A stretch of 64,000 bases of DNA, taken from Elioraea sp. Its GTDB lineage: Bacteria; Pseudomonadota; Alphaproteobacteria; Acetobacterales; Acetobacteraceae. Positions 47,429-56,276 of the stretch are shown here, piece after piece. The stretch spans positions 3,174 through 67,173 of the forward strand of contig NZ_JBHYDW010000006.1 of NCBI RefSeq assembly GCF_051860475.1, read 5' to 3'. Position numbers and translations under genes: made by a program. The notes beneath the pieces are model-generated. The model was not told the DNA's origin and did no database searches. It was given only the letters and a program-made list of their open reading frames with translations. How positions within the stretch are numbered: position 1 is the stretch's first letter; the number at the start of each line of letters is the position of its first letter.

Positions 47429-47532
47429 CGGCGGCGCAAGGCCGCAAGCCCGGCTCTCGGGCGTTTCCGGGGTGGTCGGGGGGCTACCCCGTGACGAGGC
47501 AGCGGTCCCGCAAGGGGCCGCTGCTTGTGTCT
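47429..47532 (+). ncRNA. Candidate sigma-54/PrsR-dependent small RNA (~100 nt, 4 hairpins)
   Basis: Predicted +1 near 47429. Hairpins at 47431-47445, 47448-47462 and 47469-47490, then a terminator at 47499-47532. No RBS or ATG ORF inside. Confidence 0.5.
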
Positions 47533-47545
47533 GGGCGCCACGCGC

Positions 47546-47672
47546 TTCTCCCTCTCCCGCCTGGGCGGGAGATGGTCGGGGTGAGGGTGGGAAGCGTTGC
47601 AAACGTCCGTTGGCGGGCTCTCGGCGCCAGCCCCCTCACCCAACCCTCTCTCCCGCCTGGTCGGGGAAAGGG
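47546..47672. repeat. Inverted pair of REP-like palindromic elements
   Basis: ccctctcccgcctgggcgggagatggtcggggtgaggg (about 47549-47587) and ccccctcacccaaccctctctcccgcctggtcggggaaaggg (47631-47672) are mutually inverted. A related hairpin lies at 63399-63445. Confidence 0.7.
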
Positions 47673-47745
47673 CACATGCGATCACCCTGGCCATACCCCC
47701 AACCCCCGACAGGTTCCGCCGGCCGCGGCACACGCGGCTCGTGTG

Positions 47746-47830
47746 TGTCAGGAAATCTTACACGGCAGACGACTGCACGCTGGGCGTGTAGCTGAATGTC
47801 CCAGTTTTGTTGACTTGGCCCGTCATTTGC
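47746..47830 (+). promoter_or_regulatory. PEP-CTERM box plus sigma-54 promoter
   Basis: TGTCAGGAAATCTTACA (47746-47762) and TGGCCCGTCATTTGC (47816-47830). Confidence 0.82.
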
Positions 47831-47894
47831 ACATCGGCTCCCGTCTCCGGCTGCGGTCCACCCGCGGCCGCCACCCGACCCGACAGGAGCTCCC

Positions 47895-48503
47895 GTGCGC
47901 CAGATCCGATCCCTCCTTCTCGCCGGCGCGGTCCTCGCGGCCTCCGCCACCGCCGCCGTCGCCGCGCCGATCTCCGGCTCGATCGGGATGGCGTTCCAGT
48001 TCCAGGCCAAGGACGCGGCCGGCGTGAACGTGCCGTTCAGCCAGGCGGTCGGGATCGACTTCCTCGGCCTGAACGCCGGCCCGGTCAGCAGCGGCAATTC
48101 CGGCATCTTCCTGGTCACCGGCTCGACCGGCGATCTCGCCGGAATCCCGATCGCCTCGGTCGGTACGATCACGGATCTGCCGTTCGCGCCCTTCGCCCCG
48201 ATCGCGGGGTTCTTCTCGGTCGGCGGGCTCTCCTTCGACCTCGCGCAGCTCTGGATCACCACCCAGACCGACAACACCCTCGGGCTGATGGGCCGCGGCA
48301 CGCTGATGCTCGCCGGCTTCGACGACACCCTCGGCACCTGGGCGTTCAGCGGCAACACCGCGGGCGGCGCACTCACCGGCACCTTCAGCTGGAGCGCCGA
48401 TGCCGCTCCGATCCCCGAACCCGCCGGGCTGGCCCTGTTCGGCCTCGCCCTGCTGGGGCTCGGGCTGGCGTGGCGGACGCAGCGCAGCACCGTCCACGCC
48501 TGA
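47895..48503 (+). CDS. PEP-CTERM surface protein, 202 aa (paralog of 46596-47171)
   Basis: AGGAG RBS and GTG start. Signal peptide. IPEPAGLALFGLALLGLGLAWRTQR. Shares LSFDL...Q...TL.L.G.G.L...GFD.T.G.W...N...TFSWS with the upstream paralog. Confidence 0.92.
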   Translation: MRQIRSLLLAGAVLAASATAAVAAPISGSIGMAFQFQAKDAAGVNVPFSQAVGIDFLGLNAGPVSSGNSGIFLVTGSTGDLAGIPIASVGTITDLPFAPFAPIAGFFSVGGLSFDLAQLWITTQTDNTLGLMGRGTLMLAGFDDTLGTWAFSGNTAGGALTGTFSWSADAAPIPEPAGLALFGLALLGLGLAWRTQRSTVHA

Positions 48504-48624
48504 TCGCCCCCTTCAGGGGAGGCGAGGCGGGGCCGGGCCTCGGGGGGGCGCCCGGCCCCGCTGATTCCAGGACGGGCCGCTGACCGCCCGGCCGTGCTAT
48601 GGGGAATCGGAAGGAGCCACTCGG

Positions 48625-48933
48625 ATGATTCCCGAGCTCGATCAGCACCGCGCTGAAATTGCCGAACTCTGCCGCCGCTTCGGCGTCCGTCGGCTCGATG
48701 TGGTCGGTTCGGCGGCGCGGGGGACGGATTTCGATCCCGTCCGGTCGGACGTGGATTTCCTCGTCGAGTATGTGCCCGAGGCCACCCCCTCGCTCGGCGC
48801 CTTCTTCGGCCTGCGTGACGCACTCGCCAAGCTGCTCGGCCGGCCGGTCGACCTCATCATGGCCTCCGGGCTGCGCAATCCGTTCGTACGCGCCGAGATG
48901 GAGCGCGCCCGTACCCCGCTCTATGCGGGCTGA
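48625..48933 (+). CDS. mntA: Minimal nucleotidyltransferase (MNT antitoxin)
   Basis: VRRLDVVGSAARG.DF....SDVDFLVEY, LLGRPVDL. Confidence 0.88.
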   Translation: MIPELDQHRAEIAELCRRFGVRRLDVVGSAARGTDFDPVRSDVDFLVEYVPEATPSLGAFFGLRDALAKLLGRPVDLIMASGLRNPFVRAEMERARTPLYAG

Positions 48934-49276
48934 CCCGCGGGGCCTGCTGTGGGACGCGCACGATGCGGCCGAGACGGTCGCGGTGTTCATCCGCGGCCAC
49001 ACGCTCGCGGAGTATCGAGCGGACCGGATGTTGCGCTCCGCCGTCGAGCGCCAGTGCGAGGTGGTCGGCGAGGCCCTGAACCGCCTGGCGAAGGTCGCTC
49101 CCGACCTTGCCGCCCGCGTCCCGGGCCTCGCGCAGGCCGTCGCGTTCCGCAATCTGCTGATCCACGGCTATGCGGTGGTTGACGATGCGGTCGTCTGGCG
49201 GACCGTGCAGCAGGATCTCCCCGTGCTCTCCCGCGATCTCGCCGCCCTGCTGGCCGAGACCGGCCCCCAGGGCTAG
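48923..49276 (+). CDS. hepT: HEPN/DUF86 RNase toxin (HepT-like), 117 aa
   Basis: AVERQCEVVGEAL, FRNLLIHGY (RNxxxH motif), VVWRTV. Overlaps the MNT stop. Confidence 0.88.
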   Translation: MRADPRGLLWDAHDAAETVAVFIRGHTLAEYRADRMLRSAVERQCEVVGEALNRLAKVAPDLAARVPGLAQAVAFRNLLIHGYAVVDDAVVWRTVQQDLPVLSRDLAALLAETGPQG

Positions 49277-49295
49277 CAGGCGGGCAACGATCGTC

Positions 49296-50339
49296 ATGGA
49301 CGATCCGCCTCCCCGCCTCGATCCCCTGCCGCGCGCCGGCCTGCCCGGCTGGGCCGAGCCGCTGCTCGACCCGCGCGCCTTCTGGTCAGGTCGGATCTGG
49401 TACGACACCACGCTCGCGCATGCCCTGCCGCTCGGCGCCGAGCCGGTCGCCGCACGCTGCGGCGCCGGCGCCGTGCCGCTGCTCCGCACCGGCGAGGCGC
49501 TCCGCAGCCTGACCACGCCCTACACCCAGGACTGGCGCCCGCTTGGTCCTCCCGGGCTCGGCGCCACCGGCTGGCAGGACGCCGGGCAGGGCTTCGGCGC
49601 CCTGCTGCGGCTCCGCCCGCCCGTGCTGCTGGAGGCGATCGATCCCGCCGGCGCCTGGCTCGCCCCCTTTCTCGCCGGGCTGCGCGGCAGCGGCATCCGG
49701 TCGGCGCGGTTCGACCATGTCGGCGTCTGGCGCGAGACCCTGCCGGAGGGGCAGGGCTGGGAGGACTACCTCGCCGGCCGCCCCTCCAGCCTGCGCCATA
49801 CGGTCGAGCGCAAGGGGAAGCGGGCCGCGCGCGAAACCCGCTTCAGCCTGATCGCCGCCCCCGGTGCGGCGCTCGAGGCCGGGATCGAGGCGTTCCACGC
49901 GGTGCGTGCCGGCTCCTGGAAGCCCGCCGAACCCTTCCCGGACTTCGACGCCGCGCTGATGCGGGCCGCCGCCGCTGCCGGCGCGCTGCGACTCGGCGTG
50001 CTCACCCGAGTCGCCGACGACACGCCGCTCGCCGCGCAGTACTGGATCCTCGACCAGGGCGGGGCGCGCGCCACCGTGCCCAAGCTCTTCCACCTGGAGA
50101 CCGAGCGCACGGCCTCGCCCGGCACGGTGCTCACCGCCATGATGCTGCGCCATCTCATAACGGAGGACCGGGTGCGCACGCTCGACTTCGGCCGGGGCGA
50201 CGACGCCTACAAGGCGCACTGGGTCGCGGACCGGGTGCAGCTGATCGGCCTCGTTCTTGCCGATCCGCGCCACCCGGCCGGGCTGGCCGCGCTCGCGCGC
50301 CAGGCGGCGGGACGGCTGCTGCGTCGGATCCGCCGATGA
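49296..50339 (+). CDS. GNAT acyltransferase (CelD/BcsL-like), 347 aa
   Basis: WEDYLAGRPSSLRHTVERKGKR, LAAQYW, SPGTVL, LDFGRGDDAYKAHW. Confidence 0.85.
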   Translation: MDDPPPRLDPLPRAGLPGWAEPLLDPRAFWSGRIWYDTTLAHALPLGAEPVAARCGAGAVPLLRTGEALRSLTTPYTQDWRPLGPPGLGATGWQDAGQGFGALLRLRPPVLLEAIDPAGAWLAPFLAGLRGSGIRSARFDHVGVWRETLPEGQGWEDYLAGRPSSLRHTVERKGKRAARETRFSLIAAPGAALEAGIEAFHAVRAGSWKPAEPFPDFDAALMRAAAAAGALRLGVLTRVADDTPLAAQYWILDQGGARATVPKLFHLETERTASPGTVLTAMMLRHLITEDRVRTLDFGRGDDAYKAHWVADRVQLIGLVLADPRHPAGLAALARQAAGRLLRRIRR

Positions 50340-51475
50340 GGATCCTCTACAGCCACCGCATCCAGTCGCGCGACGGCCAGGGCGTGCATCTCGACGCCCT
50401 GGTCGCCGCGCTGCGGGCGGACGGCCACGAGGTGCGCGTGGTCGGGCCGTCCGCCTACGACCAGGCGGAGCTGGGGGGCGAGAGCCGGCTCGTGCCGCTG
50501 ATCCGCCGTCTGCTGCCGCGCTTCGCGGTCGAACTCCTGGAGCTCGCCTACAGCCTCCCCGCTTTCCTGAAGCTCGACCGGGCTGCACGCGAATTCACCC
50601 CGGATGCCCTCTACGAGCGCTACAACTTGTTCTACCTCGCAGGTGCGCTCGTGGCCCGTCGTCGGCGCCTGCCCTTCCTGGTCGAGGTGAACGCGCCGCT
50701 GGCCGAGGAGCGCGCGCGCTTCGGCGGCCTCGCGCTCAAGGGGCTGGCCCGCTGGTCCGAACGCTTCGTCTGGCGCCGCGCCGACCGGGTGCTTCCCGTC
50801 ACCGCGGTGCTGGGCGGGCACGTGACGGCCGCCGGGGTGCCGGCCGAGCGGATCGTCGTCATCCCGAACGGCATCGACCTGGAAGACTTCCCCGAGGTGC
50901 CTGCGGCGCGCCAGTCCGGCCCGGAGGCCGAGCTGGTGCTCGGCTTCGTCGGCTTCGTGCGCGACTGGCACGGGCTCGATGCCGTGGTGCGCGGCATCGC
51001 CGCCTGGGACGGCCCGACGCGGCTGAAGCTGCGCGTGGTGGGGGAGGGGCCGGCGCGGCCTGGGCTCGAACGCCTCGCCGCAGAGTTCGGCATCGCGGAT
51101 CGGGTGGAGTTCACCGGGCTCGCCAGGCGCGAGGCGATCCCCGGGCTCGTCGCCGGCTTCGACGTTGCGCTGCAGCCAGCCGTGGTGCCCTACGCCTCGC
51201 CCCTGAAGGTGTTCGAGTACATGGCCGCCGGGCGGGCGATCGTCGCGCCGGACCAGCCCAACATCCGCGAGGTGCTGGAGGACGGGCGCACCGCGATATT
51301 GTTTGACGTGAAACAGTCCGACGGGTTGTGGCAGGCGATCCGCCGCCTCGCCGCCGACCCGGCCCTGCGCGCCCGGCTCGGGCAGGCGGCGCGCGACGAG
51401 GTGATCGGCCGCGAGCGCACCTGGGCCGGCAATGCCCGGCGGGTGGCCGGGCTTGCCCGGGAGCTGGCGCGGTGA
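50336..51475 (+). CDS. Glycosyltransferase family 4
   Basis: MRILYSHRI.SRDGQGVH, LVEVNAPL, YASPLKVFEYMAAGRAIV. Confidence 0.93.
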   Translation: MRILYSHRIQSRDGQGVHLDALVAALRADGHEVRVVGPSAYDQAELGGESRLVPLIRRLLPRFAVELLELAYSLPAFLKLDRAAREFTPDALYERYNLFYLAGALVARRRRLPFLVEVNAPLAEERARFGGLALKGLARWSERFVWRRADRVLPVTAVLGGHVTAAGVPAERIVVIPNGIDLEDFPEVPAARQSGPEAELVLGFVGFVRDWHGLDAVVRGIAAWDGPTRLKLRVVGEGPARPGLERLAAEFGIADRVEFTGLARREAIPGLVAGFDVALQPAVVPYASPLKVFEYMAAGRAIVAPDQPNIREVLEDGRTAILFDVKQSDGLWQAIRRLAADPALRARLGQAARDEVIGRERTWAGNARRVAGLARELAR

Positions 51476-51477
51476 GC

Positions 51478-52392
51478 TCAGCGCACCTCGCCCGGCCCGA
51501 CCAGCACCACGACCGCGCCGCGGATCTCGTTGCCCTCCACCAGTACCGGCGTGGCGGTGCGGTTCTCGACGAAATGGGTGCCGCGCGGCATCAGGTTCTC
51601 GAACCGGTTGCCGGTCACCCGCAGGCTGGTGGTGGGGTGGCGCACCCCCTCGGCCCCGATCATCACCGCTGTGGTCGGATTGCCGTGATCGGGGCCCTTG
51701 CGCAGCACGGTGTTGCGCAGCAGCAGGTCGCCGCCATTGGGGATGTCGACCAGGTAGCTCGCCCGATTGCCCGGCGTGTCCAGGATCGCGCTGTCCTCGA
51801 TCTCGGTGGCGCGCGCGCGCGACTTCACATGGTGGCAGATCCGGGTGGCCTCGAACCGGCTGCGCCGGATCGCGACGAGCGCCCACTGCCCGGCATAGAG
51901 CCCATGGGCGCATTCGTGGATCAGCGCACCGTTGCCGACGAACACGCTGTCCTCGATCGTGAGCCGGGCCTCCGGCAGGCTGTGGTGGGTCAGGATGCCG
52001 TTCTGGTTGTCCTCGAAGCGCGACCGGACGATGCGCAGATCGCCCCCTTCGGCGCGGATGCCGGCGGCGTTGCCGCCCGCGAAGGCCGCGCCGCGGAAGG
52101 TCAGCCCGATCACCGTCACCCGCGGGGCGGCAATCACGAACAGCGCCTTCTGCGCGCAGATCGGCCCGGTGATCACGACCTCGCCACCCCCTGCCTCGAT
52201 CGTCAGGTCAGGGGCACGCCAGACCGCGCAGTCGCGGTAGAGGCCGGGCGCGATCACCACCCGGTCGCCCGGCTGGGCGACGCGCGCGGCCTGGCTCGGC
52301 ACGGTGAAGCGCTCGCCGGGGCCGACGCGCAGCGTCTCGGCCGCGGCCGGCGCGGTCAGCAGCAGGGCGAGCAGCAGGGCCAGACGGATCAT
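51478..52392 (-). CDS. Secreted right-handed parallel beta-helix protein (pectin-lyase-like fold), 304 aa
   Basis: Start MIRLALLLALLLTAPAAA (signal peptide). GDRVVIAPGLY, GNAAGIRAEGG, FEDNQNGIL, HGLYAG, GHHVKSRA-like CHHVKSRA, VDIPNGG. Confidence 0.82.
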   Translation of the reverse strand: MIRLALLLALLLTAPAAAETLRVGPGERFTVPSQAARVAQPGDRVVIAPGLYRDCAVWRAPDLTIEAGGGEVVITGPICAQKALFVIAAPRVTVIGLTFRGAAFAGGNAAGIRAEGGDLRIVRSRFEDNQNGILTHHSLPEARLTIEDSVFVGNGALIHECAHGLYAGQWALVAIRRSRFEATRICHHVKSRARATEIEDSAILDTPGNRASYLVDIPNGGDLLLRNTVLRKGPDHGNPTTAVMIGAEGVRHPTTSLRVTGNRFENLMPRGTHFVENRTATPVLVEGNEIRGAVVVLVGPGEVR

Positions 52393-52427
52393 CCGGTCGG
52401 TCCTTCGCAGCGGGGGATCGCCTGACC

Positions 52428-53558
52428 ATGCCTGCCGCGCCTGCCCGGGGTCCAGCCCCGCCGCCGGGAACGGCACCACTGCTGCTTCACGTCTTCCCGA
52501 CCTTCGCGATCGGCGGCGCCCAGGTGCGGTTCGCCGCGCTCGCCAACCGGTTCGGCGGCCGCTGGCGCCACGCCATCGTCGCGCTCGACGGCCGGGCAGA
52601 CTGCGCCGAGCGGCTGGAGCCAGGGGTCGCGTTCGCCGTGCTGCCGTCGCCGGTCGGGCCGGGCGACGGCCCTCTGCGCTTCCGGCGCATCCGGGGCTTC
52701 CTGCACCGGCTCGCCCCGGCGGTCATCATCACCAGCAACTGGGGCGCGATCGAGTGGGCGGCCGCCAACCTGATCCCGCCGCGCATCCGCCACCTCCACA
52801 CCGAGGACGGCTTCGGTCCAGACGAAGCCGGCGGGCAGAAGCCGCGAAGGGTGCTGTTCCGCCGGCTCGTCCTGCGCCGCTCGACCGTCGCTCTGCCCTC
52901 GCTGACACTGCTCAAGGCCGCGCGCGAGACCTGGCGGCTGCCCGGGGAGCGGCTGCACTACATCCCGAACGGGCTCGACCTCGCCCGCTTTCACCCCGAA
53001 GGTCCGCGCGCCACGCTTGCCCCGCCCGGCGACGGCCCGGTGATCGGCACGGTCGCGCGGCTGCGCGCCGAGAAGAACCTCGCCCGGCTGCTGCGCACCG
53101 CCGCGCTGCTGCACCGCGACGGGCTCGCGTTCCGCCTGGTCGTGATCGGCGACGGGCCGGAGGAGGAGGCGCTGAAGGCACTCGCGGCCGCGCTCGGCAT
53201 CGGCGGGATCACCCGCTTCGCTGGCCATGTGCCTGACCCGGCCGCCGCCTACCGGGCGATGGACGTGTTCGCGCTCTCCTCCGACACCGAGCAGATGCCG
53301 TTCTCGGTGATGGAGGCGATGGCGACCGGCCTGCCGGTCGCGTCCACCGATGTCGGCGATGTTGCAGCCATGCTGGGCGCGGAGAGCCGCCCGTTCCTCG
53401 CGCCGAAGGACGACCGCGCGCTCGCCGCCGCGCTGCGGCCGCTGCTCGCGGAGGCGCCGCTGCGCCACCGGCTCGGCGCGGCCAACCGCGCCCGCGCCGA
53501 GGCCGCCTACGACCAGGAAGCCATGTTCCAGGCCTATGCGCGGTTGATCGACGGATAG
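52428..53558 (+). CDS. Glycosyltransferase family 4
   Basis: HVFPTFAIGGAQVR, IGTVARLRAEKN, SSDTEQMPFSVMEAMA. Confidence 0.92.
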   Translation: MPAAPARGPAPPPGTAPLLLHVFPTFAIGGAQVRFAALANRFGGRWRHAIVALDGRADCAERLEPGVAFAVLPSPVGPGDGPLRFRRIRGFLHRLAPAVIITSNWGAIEWAAANLIPPRIRHLHTEDGFGPDEAGGQKPRRVLFRRLVLRRSTVALPSLTLLKAARETWRLPGERLHYIPNGLDLARFHPEGPRATLAPPGDGPVIGTVARLRAEKNLARLLRTAALLHRDGLAFRLVVIGDGPEEEALKALAAALGIGGITRFAGHVPDPAAAYRAMDVFALSSDTEQMPFSVMEAMATGLPVASTDVGDVAAMLGAESRPFLAPKDDRALAAALRPLLAEAPLRHRLGAANRARAEAAYDQEAMFQAYARLIDG

Positions 53559-53567
53559 GAGGGACGG

Positions 53568-54548
53568 GTGCTCGAGGTCGTCATCCCCGCCTACAACGCC
53601 GCCCCGTTCCTGCGCGAGACCATCGAGAGCCTCGCTGCGCAGACCCGTCCGGCCGATCTCGTCACCATCGTCGACGACCGCTCCACCGACGGCACCGGCG
53701 ACCTCGCCCGCGCGCTCGTGGCCGACCTCTCGCCGCGCCTGGCGATCCGGGTGCTCGACAATGCCGGCCCGCAAGGGCCGGCCGCCGCGCGCAACACCGC
53801 CCTCCGCGCCTCCACGGCCGATGTGATCGCGCTGATGGACTCGGACGATCTGGCCGAGCCCGACCATCACCGGACCCTGCTCGACCTGATCGAAACCGCG
53901 CCCGACATCGTGCTCGGCTTCGGCAACAGCCTGGTGTTTCGGGGAGTGGAGGTGCTGATCCCGGACATGCACGCCAAGAGCGGGATCAGCGGGTTTCCCG
54001 CCGAGGAGCTCGGCCCGGACCGGCTTACCCTGGGTGAGCGCATGTTCGAGGTCATGCTCGGCGCGGGCATGTTCTCCACCTCGGCCTGCGCGTTCCGCCG
54101 CGAGGCCGCGCGCGAGGCCGGGCTGTTCGACGAGACGCTGCGCTACAGCGAGGACACCGACCTGTTCCTGCGCCTGACCCTGCTCGGCCGTTTCGCCTTC
54201 GCCCGGGCGATCATCACGCGCAAGCGGGTGCACGGGACCAACCTGGTCGGCCACAGCAAGCTGCATTTCTGCCGTGGCACGGCGCTCGCGCTGTCGCGGC
54301 TGGCCGACCGTGCCGCGGCCGGGGATCCGGTTGCGCGCCACCTCTCCGCACCGCGCCGGGCCGCGCTCGCCGAGGGGCTGCGGCGGGCGATGTATGGCTG
54401 GCTCTACGCGGCCTCCTGGGAAACCCCGCGCGTCTATCGCGAGGCGGCCGCTGCCGCGCGCCACGCGGGCCTGGGCCGGATGGCGCGCGATCCCAAGCAT
54501 CTCGCCCGGCTGCTGATCGCCCCGGTGTGGCGGCCCGAGACCCGCTGA
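53568..54548 (+). CDS. Glycosyltransferase family 2
   Basis: VVIPAYNAA, IVDDRSTDGT, ALMDSDD, SEDTDLFLRL. Confidence 0.92.
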   Translation: MLEVVIPAYNAAPFLRETIESLAAQTRPADLVTIVDDRSTDGTGDLARALVADLSPRLAIRVLDNAGPQGPAAARNTALRASTADVIALMDSDDLAEPDHHRTLLDLIETAPDIVLGFGNSLVFRGVEVLIPDMHAKSGISGFPAEELGPDRLTLGERMFEVMLGAGMFSTSACAFRREAAREAGLFDETLRYSEDTDLFLRLTLLGRFAFARAIITRKRVHGTNLVGHSKLHFCRGTALALSRLADRAAAGDPVARHLSAPRRAALAEGLRRAMYGWLYAASWETPRVYREAAAAARHAGLGRMARDPKHLARLLIAPVWRPETR

Positions 54549-54557
54549 GCCCGGCCA

Positions 54558-55283
54558 ATGTCGCTCCAGGCGCTCGCGACCACGCTGCTGCTGCCCCCGG
54601 TCGGGCTGCTGCTCGGCGCGCTCGTGCTGCTCGCCTGGCGCGGCCGCATTGCCCGGTTGCTGACCGCGCTGCTGCTGCTCGCCGCCCTTGGGGTCTCGAC
54701 GCCGTATGCCGCCGGCACGCTGCGGCTTTCGCTGGAGCGGCTGCTGCCCGAGGCGACGGTGGACGGCGCCGGCGCCATCGTGGTGCTGAGCGGCGACATC
54801 GCCCATACGCGCGACGGGATCGAACTCGGCCCGCTGACGCTCGAGCGGATGCGCACAGGTGCCGAGCTGCACCGCCTCACCCGACTGCCCCTGCTGGTGA
54901 CCGGCGGAACGCTGTCGCGCCGCCACACGGTGCCGGTCGCGGAGCTGATGCGCGCGGCCTATGCCGACGAGTTCGGCATCGCCGTCCGCTGGGTCGAGCC
55001 GGAGGCACGCGACACCCGCGACAACGCCGAGCTGAGCGCCGCGCTGCTGCGCGCGGCCGGGATCAACCGGGCCTACGTGGTCACCCATGGCTGGCACCTG
55101 CCGCGCGCGCTCGCTTCCTTCGCGCGGACCGGCGTCGCGCCCGTGCCTGCGCCGGTGCGGCTTGGCCCGGTGCCGGACGGCAGCCCGGCCGACTGGGTGC
55201 CAAGCCCGCGCGCCGCGCTGGAAAGCTGGTATTTCCTGCGCGAGTGGGCCGGCATCCTGGTCTATCGCCTGCGCGACGGATGA
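54558..55283 (+). CDS. YdcF/ElyC-family (DUF218) membrane protein
   Basis: AIVVLSG, ERMRTGA.L, LLVTGG, ARDTRDNA, VTHGWHLPRA, REWAG. Confidence 0.88.
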   Translation: MSLQALATTLLLPPVGLLLGALVLLAWRGRIARLLTALLLLAALGVSTPYAAGTLRLSLERLLPEATVDGAGAIVVLSGDIAHTRDGIELGPLTLERMRTGAELHRLTRLPLLVTGGTLSRRHTVPVAELMRAAYADEFGIAVRWVEPEARDTRDNAELSAALLRAAGINRAYVVTHGWHLPRALASFARTGVAPVPAPVRLGPVPDGSPADWVPSPRAALESWYFLREWAGILVYRLRDG

Positions 55284-55303
55284 GGCGTCAGTAGAGTCCC
55301 AAC

Positions 55304-56236
55304 TCAGACCAGGCCGAGCCGGCGCGCCTCCTGGCGCGGCACCGCTGGCGGGGAGGGGATCAGCAGGATGCCGTCGCGGTCGGGCTCCACCTTGGCTTCC
55401 GGATAGACCGCGAGCGCCAGTTTCAGCGCCTCGAGAAAGGTCGGCTTGAGCTGGCGGGCAAAGCGGAAGCCCGCGCCGAACTGGCCGTGGATCGCGCTCC
55501 AGCTGACCGCCGTGGGCTTGGCGAGCGCGTGCAGCCGGTAGGCGAGCCAGATATAGACGTCGATCGCCAGGCTGCGGTTGCTGATCGCCTTGATCGCCTC
55601 CTCGCGCACGGGCACCGGATGGTCACGCAAGGACCGCCAGAACCCCTCGTCGAGCCGTACCTTGTCCTGCCAGAGTGAGGGCTGGTCCGCGTCGTCGATC
55701 ACCCCGGCGAAGCTGATCGCGTCCTGCACGAAGGCGCCGTTGTGGCGCGCCTCGGCGCCGTTCTCGCGGGCGAAGAAGAAGGTCAGCCGGCAGGCCGAGA
55801 TGCGCCGCGCCTGCTCGGTGACCAACTGGTAGGTGCGCCCGCCGGTGGTGAGCGACATCCGCCCCATCCAGGCTTTCATCGACCGGCCGAGCTCGACCTC
55901 GGGCGAGCCCGTCCGCACCGCCTCGGTCTGGAGGTAGAGCAGGATCAGCCGGGCGAAGGAGCCGTAGGGCACGCCGACGAACTGGCCCTTGCGGTCGCGC
56001 CCCGACTCAACGAGCAGCGTGGTGCGGTGGCCGTCGCGCCGCCACAGCACCTCCTCGACGCGCTTGTGCGGCAGCGAGGTCATGGCGAACCCGGCATGGG
56101 TGATGCCGAGGCGGTTCTCCTCCTCGGCCATCACTGTTGCCGCGGCATCGATCGCCTGACGGTCGGCCTTGCTGGCGGCGAGCGCGCGGGCCCCATCCAG
56201 GCCATGCTCGCGGATCAGCCGATGCACATCACCCAT
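55304..56236 (-). CDS. repA: Plasmid replication initiator RepA (RepA_C-like), 310 aa
   Basis: Start MGDVHRLI at 56236. SLPH, GVPYGSFARLILLYLQTEAVRT.S.EVELGRS, HPVPV, S.AIDVYIWLAYRL, QFG.GF, AVYPEA. Confidence 0.9.
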   Translation of the reverse strand: MGDVHRLIREHGLDGARALAASKADRQAIDAAATVMAEEENRLGITHAGFAMTSLPHKRVEEVLWRRDGHRTTLLVESGRDRKGQFVGVPYGSFARLILLYLQTEAVRTGSPEVELGRSMKAWMGRMSLTTGGRTYQLVTEQARRISACRLTFFFARENGAEARHNGAFVQDAISFAGVIDDADQPSLWQDKVRLDEGFWRSLRDHPVPVREEAIKAISNRSLAIDVYIWLAYRLHALAKPTAVSWSAIHGQFGAGFRFARQLKPTFLEALKLALAVYPEAKVEPDRDGILLIPSPPAVPRQEARRLGLV

Positions 56237-56276
56237 GGCGGCGGATAACGCCCCAGCTCGTTCCCTGAATGCAAGG

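Noticed and set aside
47424-47795. 123-aa ORF downstream of the orphan sigma-54 promoter
   Set aside because: Its GTG lies upstream of the predicted +1, it has no RBS, it crosses a terminator and REP-like repeats, and its composition is not protein-like.
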